Shown here in pieces: positions 39,495 to 47,189 of a DNA stretch of 64,000 bases (its first letter is position 1; each line of letters begins with the position of its first letter). The notes beneath the pieces are model-generated. The model was not told the DNA's origin. It ran no database searches and saw nothing but the letters and a program-made list of their open reading frames with translations. The position numbers and the translations under genes were made by a program. This DNA comes from Gemmatales bacterium (GTDB lineage Bacteria; Planctomycetota; Planctomycetia; Gemmatales; HRBIN36), in the NCBI GenBank assembly GCA_025055835.1, contig JANWWR010000073.1:11379-75378 (forward strand). The letters are read 5' to 3'.

Positions 39495-40475
39495 ATGGCT
39501 TGGCAGGTCGGGCTGGACGAAGCAGGCTACGGTCCGAACCTCGGTCCCTTCGTCATGACGTTGGCTGCATTGCAATTGCCAGACGCTCAGGCGAACGCGG
39601 ACCCGTGGAAGGTCCTGCGCGATGTCGTTCGGCGACCCGAGGATCCACCCGACGATCGGCTCCTGGTGGCCGACTCGAAACAAATTCACACGGGCAATCA
39701 TGGCCTGGATCGTCTGGAGGCGAACACGCTTCCCTTTGTTCTGCTTCAGCGATCCGCATGGCGGTTGCCGCTGAATCTGGAGACGGCATGGAGGGGGTTC
39801 TGCCTGACCCCGTGGGCGGAACGGTTGGACTGTCCGTGGGCCGACGCGGGTTTGCGGCTGCCCCTGTGTCAATCCCATGACAACCCCTGGCTTTGTTTGG
39901 CAGCGAAGCGATTGGACGACGCCATGCGGAAACGGGGTGTGACTTGCCTGACATTTCGCTGGCTGGTCATCATGCCGGAGCGGTTCAATCGGCTGACGCA
40001 GGCGCATGGCACCAAGGCTGCCGTCACCCAGTGGGCAGCCACCCGGCTTCTGCGAACGTTTCCGCGCTTCCTCCGTTCCGACGAAGACAGAATTGTCCTC
40101 CACGCGGACAAGCAAGGAGGCAGACACTACTACGGCGAACTGTTGCAGCAAGCCTGGCCGGATCGTTTCGTGGCCGCGGTCGAGGAGCATCCGGAAGCGG
40201 CCCGGTATCGCATCCTCAAGGGCGGGTCGGAATGGGAAGCCGTCTTCCGACCCAGAGCGGAATCAGCGTCGTTCGTCGTGGCCCTGGCCTCGATGCTGAG
40301 CAAATACCTGCGGGAAGTGCTGATGCACGAATTCAATAGCTTCTGGTGCTCGCAGGTGCCTAGGCTTCGCCCCACCGCCGGCTATCCGAAAGATGCTCAG
40401 CGTTTTCTGGCGGAAATCGAGGTGACACGCCAACGGCTCAGGATTCCGCAGCAGATGCTGTGGCGGGAGCGCTGA
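39495..40475 (+). CDS. Divergent RNase HII-family protein with a roughly 140-aa insertion
   Basis: 326 aa from the ATG at 39495. RNase HII blocks occur in order: GLDEAGYGPNLGP, VADSKQI, AESASFVVALASMLSKYLRE, AGYPKDAQRFL. The track ORF from TTG 39234 overlaps the WD40 5' end and is rejected. Confidence 0.6.
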   Translation: MAWQVGLDEAGYGPNLGPFVMTLAALQLPDAQANADPWKVLRDVVRRPEDPPDDRLLVADSKQIHTGNHGLDRLEANTLPFVLLQRSAWRLPLNLETAWRGFCLTPWAERLDCPWADAGLRLPLCQSHDNPWLCLAAKRLDDAMRKRGVTCLTFRWLVIMPERFNRLTQAHGTKAAVTQWAATRLLRTFPRFLRSDEDRIVLHADKQGGRHYYGELLQQAWPDRFVAAVEEHPEAARYRILKGGSEWEAVFRPRAESASFVVALASMLSKYLREVLMHEFNSFWCSQVPRLRPTAGYPKDAQRFLAEIEVTRQRLRIPQQMLWRER

Positions 40476-40758
40476 CGGGGGTTGTGGAAGATGCCGAGGC
40501 GGGTTCCAGCAGTTCGAAGGTCGTGAACTCATCCACGGTGATGCTGGTCAGTTCGCCGTTGTCCTTAACAAGGTGAATGGTCGGGGCGGTCACAATGTCA
40601 TCGTTGCCGCGTTCCACCGTCAAGCCCGTGACCAGCACTTTCAGATCGCGGACGACCCCTTCCACGACAGCGGGCCACTTGCGCCGGCCGACGCGGACCG
40701 GCTGAGTGATCCGCACCCGCTGTCCGGGTTGCAGTTCCTCGAATGTCACCTGGGGCAT
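40438..40758 (-). CDS. Small protein of unknown function, translationally coupled to ilvN
   Basis: 106 aa. The ATG immediately follows the ilvN TAA (…GATTAAATGCCC). Beta-rich body with an Ala/Ser/Thr-rich tail. The 3' end overlaps the convergent 39495-40475 gene by 38 nt. Confidence 0.55.
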   Translation of the reverse strand: MPQVTFEELQPGQRVRITQPVRVGRRKWPAVVEGVVRDLKVLVTGLTVERGNDDIVTAPTIHLVKDNGELTSITVDEFTTFELLEPASASSTTPVSAPATASAAES

Positions 40759-41262
40759 TTAATCCTCTTCCTCGTGTATCCTGGAGCGGGTGCCCCGTAC
40801 CAGGGCGATCCGGCCGGTTCGGGCCAGTTCAAGAATGCCATAGGGCCGCATGAGTTCGATGAACGCTTCGATCTTGCCTTCGCGCCCGCTGATCTCCACC
40901 ATGAGGCTGTCCAGGCTGATGTCCACAACCCGGCCCCGGAACATCTCGACAACTTGCAGAATCTCGAAGCGTTTGGCCGGCGGAGCCTGGACCTTGATCA
41001 GCATGAGATCGCGCTCGACGTAGTCTTCGCTGCTGATGTCGAGCACCTTGACCACGGTGACGATCTTTTCGAGTTGCTTGCGGACCTGTTCCAGCACGGC
41101 GTCATCGCCGGTGACGACGAAGGTCATCCGGGACAGATGCGGATCCTCGGTTTCGCCGACGGCCAGGCTGTCGATGTTGAAGCCGCGGGACGCCAGCATC
41201 CCGGCGACGTGCGAGAGCACGCCGGGCTGATTCTGAACCAGGGCCGAAAGAACATGTCTCAT
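40759..41262 (-). CDS. ilvN: Acetolactate synthase small (regulatory) subunit
   Basis: 167 aa from MRHVLSALVQNQPGVLSHVAGMLASRGFNIDSLAVGETEDP... (ACT domain + ALS_ss_C). The upstream part of the 370-aa track ORF is rejected. Confidence 0.9.
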   Translation of the reverse strand: MRHVLSALVQNQPGVLSHVAGMLASRGFNIDSLAVGETEDPHLSRMTFVVTGDDAVLEQVRKQLEKIVTVVKVLDISSEDYVERDLMLIKVQAPPAKRFEILQVVEMFRGRVVDISLDSLMVEISGREGKIEAFIELMRPYGILELARTGRIALVRGTRSRIHEEED

Positions 41263-41410
41263 ACGGGAATCGTAGAACTCCCAGCAAGTCCGACAAGGCG
41301 GCAGGAACGCTGGGCTGATTCGGAACATCCGCTGCGATCGGCAAATCCTCTTTCGTCGGAAAGTTGGCGGCAGCCCGCTAAACTCTTCGTTTCCCGCAGG
41401 GTCAAAGTCG

Positions 41411-41438
41411 TTGACAGGCGTATCGCCCGGTTTACACT
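41411..41438 (+). promoter_or_regulatory. Sigma70-like promoter candidate (TTGACA-16-TACACT)
   Basis: Lies in the 313-bp divergent region between ilvN and 41576-43369, 138 nt upstream of the ATG at 41576. Confidence 0.35.
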
Positions 41439-41575
41439 GGAAAAGAGCGGCTGCAAGCGCAGTCGGACGGAGCATCTGGATCGTGCCGGCGTGGTGTGGA
41501 CACAACCTTCCGTCGGCCCAAGTGCATTTCCCGCAACACGGAGCAGAGTAGAGCAATCGTACGGAGGTTTCAGGC

Positions 41576-43369
41576 ATGGCCAAAAAGAAGCCGGAGGCTG
41601 CTGGCAAACCCGCCAAGGCCGCTCCACGGCGCGTTTCCTCGCCCAAACCCCCTCCGCAGCGCGGCGGCACGCCGGTCGTGCTCATCATTTTCCTCGTGTT
41701 CTTCATCCTGCTCAGCCTGGGTCTGGGTGTCGTCGTGTACCTCGACCAGGACAAGATCGACTCCGCCAACAAGCAGGCCGAGCAGGCCAAGGCCGAGGCG
41801 AAAAAATGGCAGGAGGCCGAGCGCATCGAACGGCAGTATTTCACCCAGAAACTCCGGTACTGGTGGGACAATACGTCGGCCGACGCTCAGGACCTCCGCA
41901 CCCTGGCCGACATGGAATCTGAATGGTCCGATCCCGGCAAGAACGACCCGCGCACCGACGCCGACCACAAGTGGTTCGCTCCGTTGCAGAAACTCATGGA
42001 GGGCGATCCCAACGCCCGGGATCCGGAAGCCCGTCGAGGACTGATCGGCCCCTACGACAATCAGAACGGCAAGACTGCCACCTCCATGCGGGAACTGCTG
42101 GAAAACCTTAAGAAGCAGGTGGCCACCCTCAATGCCAACCTCCGCGAAGAGCAGGACAAACTCGCCAAGAAGACCAAGGAGTTCGAGGACTACAAGAAGG
42201 AATACAACCGCGACATCATTGACGCCGAGGTCAAGAAGGTCCGCACGGACTACGAACGGCAGATGCGTGCCCGGCTCGACGAGAAGGACCGCACCATCGC
42301 CGACCTGACCAAGAAGATGGAGGAAGTGACCCGCGATTTCGAGAAGATGCTCGCCGAGCAGAAGAAAGCTCAGAACGCGGAGTTGGCCAAGAAGGATGAA
42401 GAGGTCAAGGAGATCAAGCGGCAGGTGGACATCGAGCGGGCTGAGATCCGCCGCAAGGCCCAGGCCGCCGAGCAACTGGCCATCGACAAGGTCCGTGCCC
42501 GGGTCATCCGCACGACCCCCGGGGAGCACACGGTTTACATCGACGTCGGTTCTAATCATCGGGTCGTGCCCGGTCTGAAATTCAGTGTCCGGGGCGTGGG
42601 ACCGGGCGGCCAGCCGGAGCCGGATCCCAAGGCGATGGTTGAGGTCATCAGCGTCGTCGGCCCCACCGTGTCGCTGGCTCGCATCACCCGGGTGGCCAAG
42701 CCGGAATTTGCCCGCCTCGGCCGTGATCCCGAAACCCGACAGCGCATCGACCCGACCACCGAGGCTTACTGGATCACGGATCCCCGACTGTTCTACCTGG
42801 CCAGGAACCAGGTCGTGCCCGGGGATCTGCTCTACAATCCGCTTTGGGATCCCACGGAACCGGTACACGTGGTACTCGCCGGGTTCTTCGATCTGGACAA
42901 CGACGGAACCGACGATCTGGACTACCTGCGGCGGTATCTGACGGACATCGGCGTCAAGGTGGATGGCTATTTGGATCCCAACGCCGACAACAAGCTCAAG
43001 GGCAAATTGGATTACCAGACGGATTACTTGATCGTCGGCGGAGCCGGGATTCTCGATGTCAGTCCGACCGCTCCTCCCGTGGAGGAGCAGATTCGTCAGG
43101 CCGTCGGCGGACCAATGGGCAAAGCTGTCCTGGAGCTGAATAAACAGGCGTTGGAAAAGGGCATCCGCGTCGTCCGCTTGAAGGATTTCCTGACGCAGAT
43201 GGGCATGACCGGCGTGAGGATTCCGGGTGTCCGGGCCTCTGCTCCCACCACCGGAGCCGCTCAGCCAGCCCCGGCAGGCAATGGTGAGGCTGCGAAACCG
43301 GCCGATCAAGGAGCAAAACCGCCGCCTCGCAAGGTGGAGGAGGAAGAGGAAGCTCCACGCCGACGCTGA
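41576..43369 (+). CDS. Membrane-anchored coiled-coil protein with C-terminal BRCT-like region
   Basis: 597 aa: basic K/P/A tail, TM VVLIIFLVFFILLSLGLGVVVY, roughly 200 aa of K/E/Q-rich coiled coil, a beta-rich segment, then VHVVLAGFF...TDYLIVGG...ALEKGIRVVRLKDFL. A terminator lies downstream. Confidence 0.75.
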   Translation: MAKKKPEAAGKPAKAAPRRVSSPKPPPQRGGTPVVLIIFLVFFILLSLGLGVVVYLDQDKIDSANKQAEQAKAEAKKWQEAERIERQYFTQKLRYWWDNTSADAQDLRTLADMESEWSDPGKNDPRTDADHKWFAPLQKLMEGDPNARDPEARRGLIGPYDNQNGKTATSMRELLENLKKQVATLNANLREEQDKLAKKTKEFEDYKKEYNRDIIDAEVKKVRTDYERQMRARLDEKDRTIADLTKKMEEVTRDFEKMLAEQKKAQNAELAKKDEEVKEIKRQVDIERAEIRRKAQAAEQLAIDKVRARVIRTTPGEHTVYIDVGSNHRVVPGLKFSVRGVGPGGQPEPDPKAMVEVISVVGPTVSLARITRVAKPEFARLGRDPETRQRIDPTTEAYWITDPRLFYLARNQVVPGDLLYNPLWDPTEPVHVVLAGFFDLDNDGTDDLDYLRRYLTDIGVKVDGYLDPNADNKLKGKLDYQTDYLIVGGAGILDVSPTAPPVEEQIRQAVGGPMGKAVLELNKQALEKGIRVVRLKDFLTQMGMTGVRIPGVRASAPTTGAAQPAPAGNGEAAKPADQGAKPPPRKVEEEEEAPRRR

Positions 43370-43399
43370 ATCACGAAGCGCTGGCTTGAACCGACTTCG

Positions 43400-43442
43400 A
43401 GCGACGCCGCAGCTGAAAAGCCCGGCGTCGCTTTGTTTTTTT
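43400..43442 (+). terminator. Rho-independent terminator
   Basis: 10-bp stem agcgacgccg / cggcgtcgct followed by TTTGTTTTTTT. Confidence 0.85.
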
Positions 43443-43613
43443 CTCCCTGAAATTCCGTGGACAGCTGTGAAGAAAACGCTTGCTTCGGTCATCCGGGGGG
43501 GCTAAAAACACGCGACCAGAGGATTATTGCGACGCAGTGCGGCTGCCGGGACCAAGCATCGCTCCGAACTTGGTTCTTTCCGCAACGGACACCCAGCCAA
43601 GGAGTCGTCACCC

Positions 43614-44945
43614 ATGGCCAAGAAGCCTACGCCAACCAAGAGCACCAAAAGCGCTGCAAGTGGAACGGCCAAGCGAGCAGCCAAAGCCGTTCCGCCGCCG
43701 TCTCGCCCCGCCACGCTTCCCAGCAAAGCCCATGTCATCCGCGAGGTGATCGAGGCCAGCGAAGGAATTTTGCGGCTGGCACCGACCTGGGTGCCTCGTT
43801 CGTTCCTGACACCGGGCCGCCGCCTCAAACTGCATCCCGACGACATCTACGCCCTGGGAGCCGAGCGGGGCGGCATTGACGAACGGTGGTTCGCCTCCAC
43901 GACGCCGGCTGCCAACGTCGGCGCGCCGCCGGACGAAGGGCTGAGCTACGTCGTCAGCCGAGGGCAGAAAGTCTTCACGCTCAAGGAAGCCATCGAACAG
44001 GAAGGGCCCCGTCTCATCGGCCAGGCCATCTGGGACGCCTACCACCGCTGGCCGGTGTACAGCAAGTTCTTCGACAACATGGGGCCGATCCCCCATCACA
44101 TGCATCAGAACAACGCTCAGGCCGCCCTGGTCGGCCAGCAGGGCAAACCCGAGGCCTACTATTTCCCCCCGCAACTCAACAGCATCACGAACAATTTCCC
44201 ATACACGTTTTTCGGTCTGGAGCCGGGCACGACCAAGCAGGACATCCGTCGCTGTCTGGAACGCTGGAAACAGGGCGACAACGGCATCCTCGACTACAGC
44301 AAGGCGTATCGGCTCAAGCCGGGGACCGGCTGGCTGGTGCCCCCGTGCATCCTGCACGCTCCCGGATCGCTCGTCACCTACGAGCCGCAGTGGGGTTCTG
44401 ACGTCTTTGCCATGTACCAGTCCATGGTGGAAGGCCGTTACGTCCCCTGGGATCTCCTCATCAAGGACGTGCCGCCGGGCCACCACCACGACCTGGATTA
44501 CCTGGTGAACCAACTGGACTGGGAGGCCAACGTCGATCCGAACTTCAAGGACCATCACTATCTCGAACCCATTCCCGTCGCCGACACGCTCTCCGAAGGC
44601 TACATCGACAAGTGGGTGGTGTACGGCAAAGTGAACGGGCAGGAGCTTTTCACCGCCAAGGAACTGACGGTCATGCCCGGCGTCAAAGTGCGAATCAAGG
44701 ACAACGGAGCCTACGGCCTGATCACCGTGCAGGGCAGCGGCTGGATCGGTCGGCAGCGCTTGCAGACGCCGGCCATGATTCGCTTCGGGGAGTTGACCGA
44801 GGACGAAGTGTTTGTGACTCACGACGCCGCTCGAGAAGGGGTCGTTTTCGACAACACCGGCAGCGAGCCGCTGGTCACGCTGCGGTACTTCGGTCCGAAC
44901 ACGAACCCGAACGCTCCAGAAGTCGGAGACCACAAACGCCGGTAA
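43614..44945 (+). CDS. Type-I phosphomannose-isomerase-like cupin protein with Lys/Ala/Pro-rich N-terminal tail
   Basis: 443 aa from MAKKPTPTKSTKSAASGTAKRAAKAV. SKFFDNMGPIPHHMHQNN...GKPEAYYF resembles the PMI-I metal/cupin block (..LSxQVHP...GKxExW). The assignment is tentative. Confidence 0.5.
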   Translation: MAKKPTPTKSTKSAASGTAKRAAKAVPPPSRPATLPSKAHVIREVIEASEGILRLAPTWVPRSFLTPGRRLKLHPDDIYALGAERGGIDERWFASTTPAANVGAPPDEGLSYVVSRGQKVFTLKEAIEQEGPRLIGQAIWDAYHRWPVYSKFFDNMGPIPHHMHQNNAQAALVGQQGKPEAYYFPPQLNSITNNFPYTFFGLEPGTTKQDIRRCLERWKQGDNGILDYSKAYRLKPGTGWLVPPCILHAPGSLVTYEPQWGSDVFAMYQSMVEGRYVPWDLLIKDVPPGHHHDLDYLVNQLDWEANVDPNFKDHHYLEPIPVADTLSEGYIDKWVVYGKVNGQELFTAKELTVMPGVKVRIKDNGAYGLITVQGSGWIGRQRLQTPAMIRFGELTEDEVFVTHDAAREGVVFDNTGSEPLVTLRYFGPNTNPNAPEVGDHKRR

Positions 44946-45055
44946 ACAGACACAAGCCACGCGGATTGATTCTGGGATGACAATGGCTTGACCGATCCAG
45001 CAGCGTCAGGTGAAGCAAACGGACGGTTGCGAACGCGGTCGAAGAGAGGGGAGTC

Positions 45056-45985
45056 ATGGCAAAGCGACGACTGAGCATCGGCAGCTGGGCGTACATCTTC
45101 AACCAGGAAGTGCCGACCAACGACTTTCACCAGGTTCTGCACAAGCTTCAGGATCTCGGCTACGAGGGAGTGGAGCTGGGCAGCTTCGGCGTCCATCCGA
45201 CGCCGGTTTCCCATCCCACCCGCGCTTCGCGCCAAAAGCTCAAAAAGGAGATTGCCGATCACGGCTTGGCTCTGTCCGGCATTGCCGTGGACTTGTGGAG
45301 CTTCAAGAGGCCCGGTCCCTCGATCTTCGACGAGAACCCCGTTCCGTATGTCTCGGCATTCCTGGGTTTCACGACTTTCGGTGCCGACCTCGGGGCCCAG
45401 ACGATCCGCGTGGACACCGTGGAGCCGCCGGACTTCTTTGAAAAATCGGGCATGGATCCCAAGCTCGGCATAGACCGCCTGGTGAGTGTGTGGGACAAGT
45501 GCAGCAAGATCGCCGCCGATTTCGGCATGAACGTCTGCTGGGAGTTCGAGCCAGGTTTCGTCTTCTCCAAGCCGTCGGAGATCCTGGCCATCACCAAGGC
45601 AGTGCGGGACAAGGGCAACCCGAACTTCGGCGTGCTCTACGACACTTGCCACGCCTACATGTGTGCCGTCGTGGGTGCGAATCAGCCCGGACAGAAGGAG
45701 ACCTTGCCGGGTGGCGAACTGGAACTGCTGCAAAAGCTCAAGGGCATGATCACGCACGTCCACCTGATCGACAGCGACGGCACCCTCAACGAGCACAACA
45801 CGAGCACGCACAACCCATTCGGCACCGGAAAATTGAACTTCGACAAGCTCATCCCCGAACTGATGAATTGCGGCGTGCCCCACGATTGGTGGTGCGTGGA
45901 CCTGTGCTTCTGGCCCAACGCCTGGGACGTCACCGCGGATGCCAAGCGCTTCCTCGACAAGTACCGAGCCAAGTACGCGACCTGA
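45056..45985 (+). CDS. Sugar phosphate isomerase/epimerase (xylose-isomerase-like TIM barrel), cytoplasmic
   Basis: 309 aa with GYEGVELG, CWEFEPGF, YDTCHAY and HVHLIDSDG motifs typical of the AP-endonuclease-2/xylose-isomerase-like fold. Confidence 0.75.
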   Translation: MAKRRLSIGSWAYIFNQEVPTNDFHQVLHKLQDLGYEGVELGSFGVHPTPVSHPTRASRQKLKKEIADHGLALSGIAVDLWSFKRPGPSIFDENPVPYVSAFLGFTTFGADLGAQTIRVDTVEPPDFFEKSGMDPKLGIDRLVSVWDKCSKIAADFGMNVCWEFEPGFVFSKPSEILAITKAVRDKGNPNFGVLYDTCHAYMCAVVGANQPGQKETLPGGELELLQKLKGMITHVHLIDSDGTLNEHNTSTHNPFGTGKLNFDKLIPELMNCGVPHDWWCVDLCFWPNAWDVTADAKRFLDKYRAKYAT

Positions 45986-45997
45986 GTACCGTCGTCG

Positions 45998-46071
45998 GTG
46001 TCGATCCGCCGTGCGATCCCCGTGCGATCCCTATGAAGGGTTGCAGCTCCCGATGAGGGGCCGTGCGGTCC
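45998..46071 (+). repeat. Phased 11-bp direct repeats (CCGTGCGATCC family) upstream of the ABC operon
   Basis: gtgtcgatcc (45998-46007), ccgtgcgatcc (46009-46019), ccgtgcgatcc (46020-46030), and ccgtgcggtcc (46061-46071). The last copy lies in the loop of a GAGGGG/CCCCTC hairpin at 46055-46075. Confidence 0.5.
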
Positions 46072-46204
46072 CCTCCTCTTGCTGGCGGTTTGTGAACGAA
46101 CTATCATCACCTTACGCGTCGTAGAAACTGTGCGAGGCCGAGAATGCCATGTCCGCCCGTGGCGCTCTTGGCCTTGTAAGTTTACAGCCAAGCGGAAACG
46201 CGCC

Positions 46205-47152
46205 ATGTCGATGATCCAGGTCCGCGATCTGACCAAATACTACGGCTCGGTGCTGGCCGTGGACCATGTGTCGTTTTCGGTGGACAAGGGCGAAGTGGTC
46301 GGCTTCCTGGGTCCCAACGGGGCCGGGAAGACGACGACAATGCGCATCCTGACCACCTACATTCCCGCCACCAGCGGCACCGCCAAGGTCGCCGGGTTCG
46401 ACGTGATGAAGGAGTCCCTGCAAGTTCGGCAGAACCTGGGCTATTTGCCGGAAAACGTGCCGTTGTATCCCGAAATGCGGGTCGAGGAGTATCTGACCTA
46501 TCGAGCCAAGCTCAAGGGCGTGGACCGACGCGTCCGCAAGAAGCGCATCGAGTATTGCATGGAACGGTGCCGGATTCTCGGGGTTCGGCGGCGTTTGGTG
46601 GGCACGCTTTCGCGCGGCTATCGGCAGCGTGTCGGCCTGGCCGAGGCGATGGTTCACGATCCACCCATCCTCATCATGGACGAGCCGACGGCCGGTCTCG
46701 ACCCGAACCAGCAGATCGAAACGCTCGGCCTCATCCGGGAATTGGGGGAAAAGCACACCATTCTCTTGTCCACGCACATCCTTCCCGAAGTGGAAGAGGT
46801 CTGCCGCCGCGTCATCGTCATCAATCAGGGCCGAGTCGCCCTGGAAGGACGCCTCGCCGATCTCCAACGCGATTCGGTCATTGTTCTGGAAGTCAAAGGG
46901 CCGCAAGACCGGGTCAAGCAGGTGTTGCAGGAAACCGACGGCGTGGATGCGGTGGAAGTCGTCAGGCTCGATCCGCGGGACAATCCGGATGGCATCGCCG
47001 CTTTTGAATTGCGGACCAGGGATAACCGCGACCTCCGCCTGGCCATCGCCGAGCGGATCGTCAAACAGGGCTGGATACCTCGCCGTCTGGACCTGCGGCG
47101 GAAATCGCTCCGCGAACATTTCATGCGTGTGACGATGGGGAGTATTCGCTGA
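46205..47152 (+). CDS. ABC transporter ATP-binding protein (GldA-like, ABC-2 type)
   Basis: MSMIQVRDLTKYYG, Walker A GPNGAGKTTT, signature LSRGYRQRVGLA, Walker B ILIMDEPTAGLD. The track ORF 46079 is over-extended. Confidence 0.92.
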   Translation: MSMIQVRDLTKYYGSVLAVDHVSFSVDKGEVVGFLGPNGAGKTTTMRILTTYIPATSGTAKVAGFDVMKESLQVRQNLGYLPENVPLYPEMRVEEYLTYRAKLKGVDRRVRKKRIEYCMERCRILGVRRRLVGTLSRGYRQRVGLAEAMVHDPPILIMDEPTAGLDPNQQIETLGLIRELGEKHTILLSTHILPEVEEVCRRVIVINQGRVALEGRLADLQRDSVIVLEVKGPQDRVKQVLQETDGVDAVEVVRLDPRDNPDGIAAFELRTRDNRDLRLAIAERIVKQGWIPRRLDLRRKSLREHFMRVTMGSIR

Positions 47153-47189
47153 CGCTTTACTGCAACGGGATGGGCGGAGGGAACTCTCC

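Noticed and set aside
41263-41871. 5' extension of the ilvN ORF (370-aa track ORF)
   Set aside because: The ACT-domain protein begins at MRHVLSALVQNQPGVLSHV (41262), a standard IlvN N-terminus. The upstream part is R/P/C-rich nonsense and overlaps the divergent gene's start at 41576.
41570-43492. 640-aa minus-strand ORF opposite the coiled-coil protein gene
   Set aside because: It is antisense to 41576-43369, which has a TM, a coiled coil, high GC3, an upstream promoter-like element and a downstream + strand terminator. The minus product has shadow-ORF composition.
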